From Octopus vulgaris (lineage: Eukaryota): 64,000 bases of DNA. The stretch covers positions 81,530,001 to 81,594,000 of the forward strand of contig OX597824.1 of NCBI GenBank assembly GCA_951406725.2, in the 5' to 3' direction. Positions 29,279 to 41,790 of this stretch are shown here, piece after piece. Under the pieces are notes generated by a model. That model worked only from the letters and a program-made list of their open reading frames with translations, searched no databases and was not told the origin of the DNA. A program made the position numbers and the translations under genes. Numbering within the stretch: the stretch's first letter is position 1; each line of letters opens with the position of its first letter.

Positions 29279-29304
29279 ATATACAAAATGTAATTCTCAT
29301 TTTG

Positions 29305-29599
29305 TTTTCCTTGTTTCAAACATTTGACTGCGGCCATACTGGAGCAACGCCTGAAAGTTAGGGGGACATAAGCACACCACTATCGGTTGTCAAGCAATGG
29401 CGGGGGACAAACACAGACGCGTAAATAATTACATACGCTAGGCTTCTTTTAGTTTCCGTCTACCCAATCCACTCACAAGGCTTTGGTCGGCACGAGGCTA
29501 TAGTAGATGACACTTGCCCAAGGGGTCATGCAGTGGGAGTGAACCCTGGACAAAGTGGATGGGAAGGGAGCTTCTTACCTCGCAGCCACGCTTGCGCCT
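29305..29599 (-). mobile_element. SINE B, internally deleted, inverted relative to neighbour
   Basis: Reverse-complement B head and tail. Confidence 0.8.
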
Positions 29600-29621
29600 A
29601 TTTTTATTAAAAATATATTTA

Positions 29622-30052
29622 ATAATCTTTTCTACTCTTGGTGCAAGGTCCGAAATTTTGGGGGAGTGGATCAGTCGATTGTTACTCAATTTATCGACCC
29701 CGAGAGAATGAAAGGCAAGGTCGACCTCGGCAGGATTTGAACTCAGAATGTAAAGACAGACGAAATGCCGCTAAGCATTTGGCCCAGTATGCTAGTGTTT
29801 CTGCCAGCTCGCTGCCTTAAAAATAGATCTAATAATCTTTTCTACTCTAAGGCCAAGGCCCGAAATTTTGGAGGAAGGGGTCAGTCGATTAGATCGACCC
29901 CAGTATGCAATTGGTACTCAATTTATCAACCTCGAAAGGATGAAAGGAAAAGTTAGCCTTTGGCTGAATTTGAACTCAGAACGTAAAGACAAACGAAATG
30001 CTGCTCAACATTTCGCCCGGCGTGCTAAAGTTTCTGCCAGCTCGCCGCCTTA
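29622..30052 (-). mobile_element. Two tandem SINE C copies with tail C2
   Basis: Each ends (on +) CTGCCAGCTCGC.GCCTTAA; separated and flanked by AAAATA(T/G)AT(T/C)TAATAAT. Confidence 0.85.
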
Positions 30053-30068
30053 AAATATATTTAATAAT

Positions 30069-30454
30069 GGATGGAAGCACTCCGTCGGTTACGACGACGA
30101 GGGTTCCGGTTGATACGATCAACAGAACAGCCTGCTTGTGAAATTAACGTGCAAGTGGCTGAGCACTCCACAGACACGTGTACCCTTAACGTAGTTCTCG
30201 GGGATATTCAGCGTGACACAGAGAGTGACAAGGCCGGCCCTTTGAAATACAGGTACAACAGAAACAGGAAGTAAGAGTGAGAGAAAGTTGTGGTTAAAGA
30301 GTACAGCAGGGATCACCACCATCCCCTGCCGGAGCCTCGTGGAGCTTTAGGTGTTTTCGCTCAATAAACACTCACAACGCCCGGTCTGGAATCGAAACCA
30401 CGATCCTATGACCGCGAGTCCGCTGCCCTAACCACTGGGCCATTGCGCCTCCAC
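30069..30454 (-). mobile_element. SINE A
   Basis: TSD ATTTAATAAT. Confidence 0.92.
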
Positions 30455-30877
30455 ATTTAATAATAAAAGTGTCATGAAACTAATGCTAATAATATATTTC
30501 TAGTAGAGCTTACAACTTAAAAATAAACTGGGAAAGGTAAAATACTGGAAGAAATACGATGCTTTGGAAATTTCTGCCAGCCTCATGGCTTGGTCAATTA
30601 CTTTATTGATACCGAAAAAGCAAAAAATAAGTGTCGGAATTGATCGTGGTAGTATTTGAACTCATGATGCAGAAAGCAGGAATAAATAGTTAACGAGATT
30701 GTGTCCTACCTCCGACCGATGATTCCATTTTTACCGGATTTAATCACTCGATCGCTATCTCCGCCCTCCCCCCCACTCATTTCTCTCTCCGTCTTTCACT
30801 ATGTATATCTATCTATTTATCTGTCTATCTATCTATATATGTACATATATATATATGCGCATATACATATATATATA

Positions 30878-30987
<110 letters not shown>

Positions 30988-31699
30988 ATATATCTCTTAT
31001 TATAAAAGGCAGATTTTATCTCCTTGGATTATACAAATTACAATATAGGATTTCTTCAATTACAATTTACCTAGCTTTTTGAGAGTACAATGCATCGCGT
31101 CATGCCAGGTCAGTTTTTAAAATTTAAACCAATTAAGCAAAATTTAAGAAAACTACATTCTGGTGTGTGTTCAAATCTTTTTAGTCTGGTTTACACACAC
31201 GCAAACGACAACAGTGGGCAGAATAAAATGAAAGTAAAGACAGTGATTTAGGAAGACTAAAGAAATATTCTGTCTATGACGATGATAGATACATGAGTAA
31301 AATGTATGAAGCAAGAGCAGAGTGAGTGAAAATGTTCTGGAAGAGAGTAATTAGTAAAGAGTAAACATACACTCATACATACATACATATAACATACATA
31401 CATACATACATACAACACACACACACACAATACACACACACATACATACACACATACATACATACATATACATACATACATTCATATACACATACATACA
31501 CACACACACAACACACAGTATAAGCTGAGAACAATCAGATACATTTGCAACACATCTGTTGAAAATATTATGTTCACACACATACATATACATATATACA
31601 TACAGACAGACAGACAGATAGACACACACACATGATCCAGCATGGCCACAACCTCAAGGCTGAAACATATAAAAGAATAACAGAATATAAATGTGTGCA

Positions 31700-32010
31700 A
31701 AGTACAGAAATATTTATGCAGTATATGGGGATTGGACAATAAGCGTAAGGCAGTGTCAATGGTGGTTCCAGAACCCGAGCCATAAACTACAGCCTAGAAG
31801 ACAGCCTCATCCAAAGATCTGTAGAACTCGACAAGGACATCCAAAACCCTGTGGAACAAAATATCATCGTAACTGTTGAGGAACTAGCAGAGAAGCTTGA
31901 TTTGGTCATTCAACCATTCATTACATTGTGCTATCGAAAAGTCAGCAAATTGGGTCAATGGGTTCCTCACGAACTTTCAGTCTAATTGCATGCAAAGTGA
32001 ATGTATGCTT
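31700..32010 (+). pseudogene. Mariner transposase N-terminal remnant
   Basis: NIYAVYGDWTISVRQCQWWFQ...TVEELAEKL...KVSKLGQWVPHEL (mariner WVPHEL motif), frameshifted. Confidence 0.85.
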
Positions 32011-32044
32011 TCTTGCTCATATCCACCACTACTGCCTATGTATA

Positions 32045-32491
32045 TCTATATATATAAAACTGTGTGAGTGTCTTCCCCTTCGATTTAGATTCCTAACTAC
32101 TCCCACATTTTGCGGTACAGTTTAACCAAATTCGGGTAGCTTATATCGATATATATATATCTACGATATACGATTTTATATATATATATATATATATATA
32201 CACCTATATGTATCAACGTCTAATGCGTTTCAGAGACCAGTGTTCTTTTAAACAACACTTCATGGCGAAGACACCAAAACAGAAATGGCTAAGAAACGTC
32301 TACATGAGTCTACGATTTTAAAAAAATTACCATCGTTTTTTCCATTTTAATCATTTTTCGCTATTATATAATAACTCTAAAAATGTTAATAGTCAAATTT
32401 AAAAATTTACCATCATATTTTTTCATTTTTATCATTTTTGCTATAACTTCTAAAAATGTTATATATTATTTATAAACCGATATATATACTA

Positions 32492-32492
<1 letters not shown>
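32045..32492 (+). mobile_element. Helitron subfamily 2 copy, deletion-riddled
   Basis: TC start, TTAGATTCCTAACTACTCC shared with 7284 copy, CTAG end. Confidence 0.7.
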
Positions 32493-32533
<41 letters not shown>

Positions 32534-32564
32534 TAGAAAGTTTGGAGATGATGTACATGCATTT

Positions 32565-32945
32565 TATATTAGAAGAAATGAGGTACTCAGAAATTCGGAT
32601 GGTTTTATATTTACAGATATTTATTTGTATATTACCTGTTTTTATACATCATATAACTTATATCATATATCACACATTAGCGCTTTCGTCCATTCTGGTG
32701 GATTTTTCAAATGGAACTAAGTTCCTGTGGAAATTTTTCTTACCATTTTATAGTGTTATTGAGTGTGTAGTGGTGGGGAGGGATAGAAGATTGTACAAGA
32801 GGGGGAAAATCCACTAGAATGGACGAAAGCGCTAATATATGATATATGATATAAGTTATATGATGTATAAAAACATGTAATATACAAATAAATATCTGTA
32901 AATGTAAAACCATCCGAATTTCTGAGTACCTCATTTCATCTAATA
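32565..32945. repeat. Fold-back element: ~140-bp inverted arms around ~95-bp spacer
   Basis: 32565-32708 is the near reverse complement of 32805-32945; the ORF track gives nearly the same peptide on both strands. Confidence 0.9.
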
Positions 32946-32952
32946 TATATAT

Positions 32953-32996
<44 letters not shown>

Positions 32997-33064
32997 ACAC
33001 ACATATATATATATATATATACAAACATAAATAAATACATACAAACATACATATATGTATATAA

Positions 33065-33119
<55 letters not shown>

Positions 33120-33293
33120 CACACATACATGCATGCTTATATAATTTCGGGTATCTAAGAGCTACCCTAAATTATAATTTTAAATGATTATTACCTTTGA
33201 AGGTTTTTATTCCCATTCTGGCCACCTGATAAGATCGGTATTTAATTATCGATCTTATCCTTATTTATAAGGATATAAATTTATACATGCTTA

Positions 33294-33345
<52 letters not shown>

Positions 33346-33632
33346 TGTTATCCTGTTTTTAACCATTATTGTTTTCAATTTTGTTTTCGTTTCTTGTATT
33401 TATATTCGTCTCTGTTGCGTTTACATTCTTTCCTACTACCAAGAAATCTAATGCTCACAGCTTAGTTTTTTCCTTGGGGCTGGCCGAGTTGGAGCAAATA
33501 TCAGAATTAATCAGCCGAAATTTGCCATGATGATTCGGTTTCTGACTGAAGATTGAAGGCTTCGAATGACTTGTCTGTTTTCCGTGTTCGTCCCTTCGTG
33601 TATTTCACGTTCTTTATATATAAATTTTTATT

Positions 33633-33688
<56 letters not shown>

Positions 33689-34719
33689 TGTATGTGTGTG
33701 TGTATCTATGTGTGTGTTTGTTGCGGGAGTACACACAAATTTTTTATTGATTATGTACATGTTTTACCCGGTGACGCAAGGACCGACGGGAAAGTTTCGT
33801 ACGTTGGCACGAATCTCTCAACCCAGCTCATTATAATACTAACATTACAACTTAACGCCTTCTTTGCTGGTGTCGCTACAGTCGACTGCATAGACCTCAG
33901 TACTTAACAGCTTCTGTTTTCAACCTTAGAAGGACAAAAGTTTGATAGGATAACAATGGGGATTTCACATGACTAAATACTACAAGGCATTTAGTTGATT
34001 ATTCTACCACTTAAGCTATTTAACTACTTCTACTACTACTAATACTATTACTACTCTCTCTCTCTGCTTCTCCCCACTAAGTGTATTAATAAACAAAACG
34101 TATCTGAGTAAACCGCATAGCTTGGCTTTAATCTGTAAAATTAAATTAATCTTTGCTCGTTTCTCTAATATTACTTGACACCAAAGCTTAGTACCCGAAA
34201 ACACCCGTCAACCGAGGCAAATATGATCATTAAAGCCAAATGAAAATTCCCTATTCTCTATATTAACTCTGACAACTTCCAGAAAGGGTTAACGCAATTA
34301 TGTTTATTACAAAACCAATTATTTCCAAGATAATGTCACTCTTTCAGTCATTTTAAAAGCTAAGCATGGATGGGCCGAGCTATTAACTTCAAACTTCTGA
34401 ATTAATTATATGTTTCGCCATTATTGCCCGCTGGAATCCAGGTGTTACAAACTAGAAGAAACTGGTCACGATCTGCAGAATTAAAACACCTTTATGTGAG
34501 TAATCATATGAGAAACAAGCCAATGATGAGACGTCTATATTTGTCACCCGACCTGCTTGAAATAGCATTTAATTCTCTCTCAAATATAACCTAACATGGT
34601 TTTTAAAAGATAGTATGTCTGAAAAATACAAAAGAAATCAGCAGCTTTGATTCGAAATGTAAAAGTTGATTCCGGTGGTATTTGAACTCAGAGTGCTAAG
34701 GGAGAATTTTGCCTTTCGC

Positions 34720-34780
<61 letters not shown>

Positions 34781-34851
34781 CATCTATCTATTATCCATCT
34801 ATCTATCTACATGTCCCTGTCTGTCTAACTATCTATCTATCTATTTGTCCT

Positions 34852-34934
<83 letters not shown>

Positions 34935-35005
34935 GTTTATCTTTCTATCTGTCTATCTATCTCTCTGTCTATATCTGGCTGGACAGATACATAAACAGAC
35001 AGACG

Positions 35006-35075
<70 letters not shown>

Positions 35076-35802
35076 CATGTTGGTAGTCACGCAGAAAGAC
35101 AGACAGGAAGACAGAAACATATAAGTAAATAGATATGTAGGTATGTGCGGGATGATGGATGGATGGATAGATGGGTCAATATATGATTTGTATTTTAATT
35201 CTCGAGCTCTATCGGAAATATTTATAAAGAACACTGGTTAAAATTTTGGCAGCTCATCCCTGCATATGAATACAAAAACCTAACCCATATGAACATCATC
35301 ATCAACATCCTCCTCCTCCTCCTCCTCCTCCTCATCATCATCATCATCATCATCATCATCAACAATAACAACAACAACAACAACGTTTAAACATAAGCAA
35401 AGTACGATAAAGTGTCTATTACGTAACGTTGACGTATGCACGATAGCAAAACATATTTGCTATTTCAGTACAAATGAAGTCCGGAAATTGTTTTCATTAT
35501 CCTCAAGTTTTTACCATTTTCTTAAATGCTGATTGAGATGAGTGATAGCTCTTCCTTGCAAAGTCATTTTCTGATTCTGATATAACGAAAGGGAGCCCAT
35601 GTTTACTTACTGTTTATATTACACCTTACAATATCTAAGCATAAAGAACAACGACAATTTAATAGACTATAAATGAGAAATATTTTAGCGATAAATTTGC
35701 TTCATCATGTATTAACATGGAGCAAAAGTGGAACAAAATCAATTACAAAGTGAAGAACACGTACAAAGACGGTGCCATGTCTAATTTACGACACATACCC
35801 TA

Positions 35803-36350
35803 CGTTGTTTGTTCCTTCTCGAGCCACGCATGGCTCATAAGGGCCGTTTTCCCGGTTTCCTTGGTGCATAGGTTCCCCACCTGGACGAGAAGCCGGTCCG
35901 TCTCAGGTGAGCTGCAAGATGCAGGAGGAAAGAGTGAGAGAAATTTGTAGCGAAAGAGTCAGCAGAAGATCGCCGTTACCTTCTGCTGGAGCCGCGTGGA
36001 GCTTAGAGGGCGGCGAACTGGCAGAAACGTTAGCACGCTGGGTGAAATACGTAGCCGTATTTCGTCTGACGTTACGTTCTGAGTTCAAATTCCGCCGAGG
36101 TCGAGTTTGCCTTTCATCCTTTCGGGGTCGATAAATTAAGTACCAGTTACGCACTGCGGTCGATATATTCGACTTAATCCGTGTGCCTCTCCTTGTTTGT
36201 CTCCTCTATGTTTAGCCCCTTGTGGGTAGTAAAGAAATAGGAGCTTAGGTTTTTCGCTCATAAACACACACAACGTCCGGTCTGAGATTCGAACTCGCGA
36301 TCCCTCGACCGCGAGTCCGCTGCTCTAACCACTAGGCCATGTGCCTCCAC
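35803..36350 (-). mobile_element. SINE A-related (tail type 2) containing a nested SINE C
   Basis: TSD ACACATACCCTA (35791-35802/36351-36362). Confidence 0.88.
36007..36240 (+). mobile_element. SINE C (tail C1), nested
   Basis: TSD GAGCTTAG duplicated from host SINE. Confidence 0.9.
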
Positions 36351-36907
36351 ACACATACCCTATGTTATGGTATAAAAGACGCCTGGTCATATTAGACGAA
36401 ATCTAATTTCAGCAGAAGGGGGAAGGGTTAGGGTATTAAAACCTGTAATATAGTGACCTAACTCTGTACATGGGACATAGGATCTTTTATGCAGAAAGGG
36501 TTCTTTTAAAAACATTTTGAGGGGAAAGCGTGGGATTTGTATGACATCGAATACAGTAAACTAATGGTGAAGTAAACCGTGGGACTTAACTCGGAACCAA
36601 GTAGTTGGTAAGCAAGCGTCTTACCACATAGCCATGGTTATGGAGAGAGAGAGGGAGAGAGAGAGTAAAATAGTGAGAGAAACCTTTTACTTTCAGAAAG
36701 TGACGTCATTCATATTTCATTCTTATTACTTTTCTATATTTCTGTAAGATGTCATTGGATTCTAGGCTATAGCTTAAGCGCCATGCTTTTTTTTAAATAT
36801 CGATCACTTTCTATATTGCTTATGATGATATTTGCGAAGATACTCTTTAATACGTGTCTCCTGGGTATACAATTTTTAATTCAATGGTACGTAATACACA
36901 CACACGC

Positions 36908-36949
<42 letters not shown>

Positions 36950-37060
36950 CACGTGACCGACCAGACCATCAGATGTTGTTACACATCGCTGGTCACAATG
37001 CGTTCGCATTGTTTTAGCCTTCGAATGACGCCACCCCGCTGGCTAAGCGAGCAGGCCAAT
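36950..37060 (-). mobile_element. SINE tail type 3 fragment
   Basis: Reverse complement resembles the tail of the 63693-63929 element (TTGGCCTGCT...GGTCGGTCACGTGA). Confidence 0.6.
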
Positions 37061-37084
37061 ATATATATATATATATATATATAT

Positions 37085-37274
37085 TATTCTTTTACTTGTT
37101 TCAGTCATTTGACTGCTGCCATGCTGGAGCACCGCCTTTAGTAGAAGAAATCGACTCCAGAACTTATTCTTTGTAAGCCTGGTACTTATTCTATCGGTTC
37201 TCTTTTGCCGGACTGCTACGTTACGGGTACGTCAATACACCAGCATCAGCTAGTGGTGGTGGTGGGGAGGACAA

Positions 37275-37319
<45 letters not shown>

Positions 37320-37472
37320 CATATATACGACGGGCTTCTTTCAGTTTCCATCTACCAAATCCACTCACAAGGCTTTGGTCGGCTTGAAGCTATAGTAGAA
37401 GATACTTGCCCAAGGTTCCACGCAGTGGGACTGAACCCGGAACCTACTTACCACACAGCCATTCCTGCGTCT
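37085..37472 (-). mobile_element. SINE B
   Basis: Reverse-complement near-full copy. Confidence 0.85.
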
Positions 37473-37579
37473 ATTTAATTTATATATATATATATATATA
37501 TATAGTTAATTTATATATATATATATAATTTATATATATATATATATATATATATAGTTAAGTTATATATATATATATA

Positions 37580-37619
<40 letters not shown>

Positions 37620-37902
37620 GTTTGTATGTATGTGAATTTTTCTGTGTCTTCTCGAGTGATTGTATGCATACTTCGGTATCGTTTTTGTCATTGTATACTC
37701 AACGATATATCCATATGTATACAATAAAGCATCATCCATCATGTCTTCCTTATGCCCTACACGCGCATACTCACACATACATATATATGTAGGCAGATAC
37801 ACACACACACATACACAGATATATGTATATACGTACATACATCCTTATATATACATACGTACATATTTATATACTTTATATATAAATATATATATATATA
37901 CG

Positions 37903-38039
<137 letters not shown>

Positions 38040-38080
38040 ATGAAAATAGCTAGTTATATATATATACATTATATATCTGC

Positions 38081-38124
<44 letters not shown>

Positions 38125-38907
38125 GCCTTTGTATATAAATCTGCATGCGTGCATGTGTATGTGTATGTGTGGTGTGTGTGTATGTGCGTGCGTACATGCG
38201 TGTGTATTCACGTATTTGCAACCACAGGTCAGGCCGTCTTGATTTACAAACATTTCCAATATATTTAGATCACTGTTAGACAAGTAATCGATAAAAAAAC
38301 TTTCTTAATCTAGTTGATTAAATAATTTTTTTTCTTTTCTTTAATATTTTCTTCATTCCATTTCTCATGGTGTTATATTTTCGATAAAATATAAAATTTC
38401 GATTGGTTTTATTTCTTTTCATTCTTGAGTTCTGCTGTTTCTATTTCTTGGTCTTAATTTTCTGATGTTGTTGTTGTTGTTGTTATCGTTGTTGTTGCTA
38501 TCCTTCAAGTTGCATCTACTCTTACTGTTCCCTTCACTGTTGTTGTTATTATTATCGCTAGTTTTATGGCATCTGTAAATAGTTTCATTGAAAATCGACA
38601 GATACATTTGAAAGAACCTGCATACTTCATGATCGTATATTATCGCATACATCCTTGCGTCTTACAATATTTTATATTTCTCATCTATTATATTGATTTC
38701 TAACGTACGAAAAATAAACGGAGAAGATCACAGCTGGAATGCCTTTGATCAAGTGTCTGCTGGATCAGAGCTGACCTGGGGCTTAGCAACGTTAACAATG
38801 GCAACATCAATATTATAGACGTTGAAACAAAGGCGAACCATAGTTCCGTGTACATTACATAACGTTGAAGGTGTAGTCGATCTGTTAAAAAGATATATCT
38901 GTTTTAA

Positions 38908-39299
38908 TGCAGTGAGCTGGCAGAATCGTTAGCACGTCGGGCGAAACGCATAGCGGTATTTCGTCTGCGTTACGTTATGAGTTCAAATTCCGCCGAGGTC
39001 GACTTTGCCTTTCATCCTTTCGGGGTCGATAAATTAAGTACCAGTTACGCACTGGGTTCGATGTAATCGACTTAATACCTATGTCTGTCCTTGTTTGTCC
39101 CATCTGTGTTTAGCTCCTTGTGGGTAGTAAAGAAACAGGCATTTCGTCTTCTACTACGCTCTGTGTTCATATTCCACCGTGGATGACTTTGCCATTCATT
39201 CTTTCGGGATCGATTAATTAGGTACCAATTACGCACTGGAGTCAATGTAATCGACTGAATCCCTTCCCCTAAGCCTCCCTTGTGGCAAAAATTTGAAAC

Positions 39300-39300
<1 letters not shown>
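38908..39300 (+). mobile_element. SINE C dimer (C1 unit then C2 unit) ending in (ATT)n
   Basis: Junction AAAGAAACAGGCATTTCGTC near 39130-39149. Confidence 0.82.
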
Positions 39301-39344
<44 letters not shown>

Positions 39345-39345
<1 letters not shown>

Positions 39346-39899
39346 GAGTGAGAGAACAGTGCATGCCATCAAAGTAACACTGGGGTAAAATATACGAAGC
39401 CCAGTATACACATCATGACTACCCAACTGATAACGGTACAACAGGCACATGCATCACAACCATATGTGAGCGACATGGTGACATCATATCAAGATAAAAA
39501 GCGTATGACCTTACAGGTAGGGCCCAGTTACAATTTTCTTCTGGTCGAGTAACCCATCCCGCCCAAAAGGTCCCTGAATAAGGGTTGTTTAATGATGTAG
39601 AACGAAACACCCATGCTTCCAGAGGTGCATTATTCAAACCCCAAAGAATCCCTCTCGACACATGGTTATGATTGTCCCCACTACTTTGGCTTGTGATCAG
39701 AGATGCACATATCGTCAGCCACTAAGGGACATGCTCAACGGGTTAAGGTCAAACAACTGACAAGCAAATCTGTGGTATTGAGCAGAATGTTTGCTGTAGC
39801 CCATCTTTTATACCAAGACAAAACAATGTACATGATAACACTTCCAATCAGTTAAGATCAGAAGCCAGGAGGGCCACTGTCTGGTACTGCATCGGAGCA
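39345..39899 (-). mobile_element. Element D, copy 2
   Basis: Flanked both sides by (ATT)n. Confidence 0.9.
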
Positions 39900-39966
<67 letters not shown>

Positions 39967-40160
39967 GGCGGTGAGCTGATAGAATCTTTAACATGACATA
40001 TTTAGCCATTCGTCCGTCTTTATTTCAAATTCCATCAAAGGTCGACTTTACCTTTTCATCGTTTCGGGTTCGATAAAATAAATACCAGACGAGTACTGGA
40101 TTCGATGTAATCGACTTTACCGCTCTCCCGACGTTGACAGTCGTATCCCAAACTTTAAAA
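39967..40160 (+). mobile_element. SINE C, old copy
   Basis: GGCGGTGAGCTGATAGAATC...GTCGACTTTACCTTTTCATCG. Confidence 0.65.
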
Positions 40161-40411
40161 CTTCGCATTACATACAGGAAGTTCTTCCATTCATGTTAAT
40201 TGCTGAAGATTACATGTTCATACGAAATTAGTAGCCAGCACTTTAGAACTGGAAATAAACAACAGCTGTTGTTTGTTTTGTTTTGTTTTGTTATTGCGAG
40301 ACTATTGTGAAAAAGTAGTCAACCTCACGTATCCCGATTTTGAAAGATCATATAAAATATGCGAAGGTGAGTCAAAAAGTAATGCCATTTTGTTTAGGAC
40401 AGGTATAATAA

Positions 40412-40830
40412 CCTATTTCTTTATTACCCACAAGGGGCTAAACACAGAGGGGACAAACAAGGACAGACATAGGTATTAAGTCGATTTCATCGACCCCAGT
40501 GCGTAACTGGTACTTAATTTATCGACCCCGAAAGGATGAAAGGCAAAGTCGACCTCAGCGGAATTTGAACTCACAACGTGGCGCCAGACGAAATACCTAT
40601 TTCTTTATTACCCACAAGGGGCTAAACATAGAGGGAACAAACAAGGACAGACATAGGCATTAAGTCGATTTCATCGACCCCAGTGCGTAACTGGTACTTA
40701 ATTTATCGACCCCGAAAGGATGAAAGGCAAAGTCGACCTCAGCGGAATTTGAACTCACAACGTTGCGCCAGACGAAATACCGTTAAGCATTTCGCCCGTC
40801 ACGCTAACGTTTCTGCCAGCTCGCCGCCTT
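40412..40830 (-). mobile_element. SINE C homodimer (184-bp period)
   Basis: Two C1 units inside one 11-bp TSD ACAGGTATAAT (40399-40409/40831-40841). Confidence 0.9.
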
Positions 40831-41544
40831 ACAGGTATAATTACCAACACAGGAACATGTATCATAGAGTAACGTGAAATGAAGAGTTTGCTTTCAAGAA
40901 CACAACGCGTCGCCCGGTTCAGTAAGCGAAACAACAATTTCACGATCACGAGTCCAAACTAACCACTAAGCCAAAAGGCTCCACAATGCGCCACTTTTAG
41001 ATAGATAAAGTGTTTAGCGAGACAGCACGACCTTGAATTATTGACGTGTTTATTTGTGCGGTTTATTATTATTTTTTATTTACTTGTTATTATTTGTGCC
41101 GCCACCACACCGAAGTTCTTGAGTTCTAAGGCCTTATAGCATTTGGGTCAGTCAAAAACAGTTAAATCCATAGAAGCCAAGAGGAAACTGTAATAATACG
41201 CCCGTCAGATGAAGATGGAGTGGTAAAAAAACAACACGATCTAATTGCAAGGCAGCTGCTGATTGCAGGGCTAGCAGTAGATTCAATGCTGGACTGAATG
41301 AAACACGCGGAACTCAGAATAACGCTGCCGTTGAATTGAGGTCATGTAAAGGATAAACAAAATTTCAGGAAAAAACAAATACTTGACTGCTTTGGAGAGC
41401 TCTTCCAGTAGTTGTGCAGAAGAGCAGGACACGTCCGGCAGAAATCTTTGCAAAAAAATATGACACCTCACATAACTTTTAAATTTCATAACTATCAAAT
41501 TGCTTGTTGCGTTAGGATTTTGACAGATTTGTCATGTCCAGTTC

Positions 41545-41583
<39 letters not shown>

Positions 41584-41790
41584 ATTTGACTCAAAAGCAA
41601 ATAGCAAGGCCATGTAGGGGGACATGGAGTTAAGTACAGGGTGGTGTTCATGTAAAGAGTTCAGGCCACTTGAGGTCAAGGGAGGCTTTGAACAAAGCGG
41701 TCGTCGGCATCTTCACCATCTCGTCTGGCAGCTTGTTCCGCGGATCCGCAACCCGGACGGAGAAAGCTCCTCTCCTTCGATTGAGAATTC
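41545..41790 (-). mobile_element. CR1/L2-type LINE 3' end with (CTAA)n tail
   Basis: Minus translation LNRRRGAFSVRVADPRNKLPDEMVKMPTTALFKASLDLKWPELFT* fits the CR1/L2 ORF2 C-terminal pattern FS.RV...WN.LP...FK..LD. Confidence 0.8.

Noticed and set aside
41545-41583. Telomere-like (TTAG)n
   Set aside because: Not TTAGGG; it is the simple-repeat tail of the adjacent CR1/L2-type LINE.
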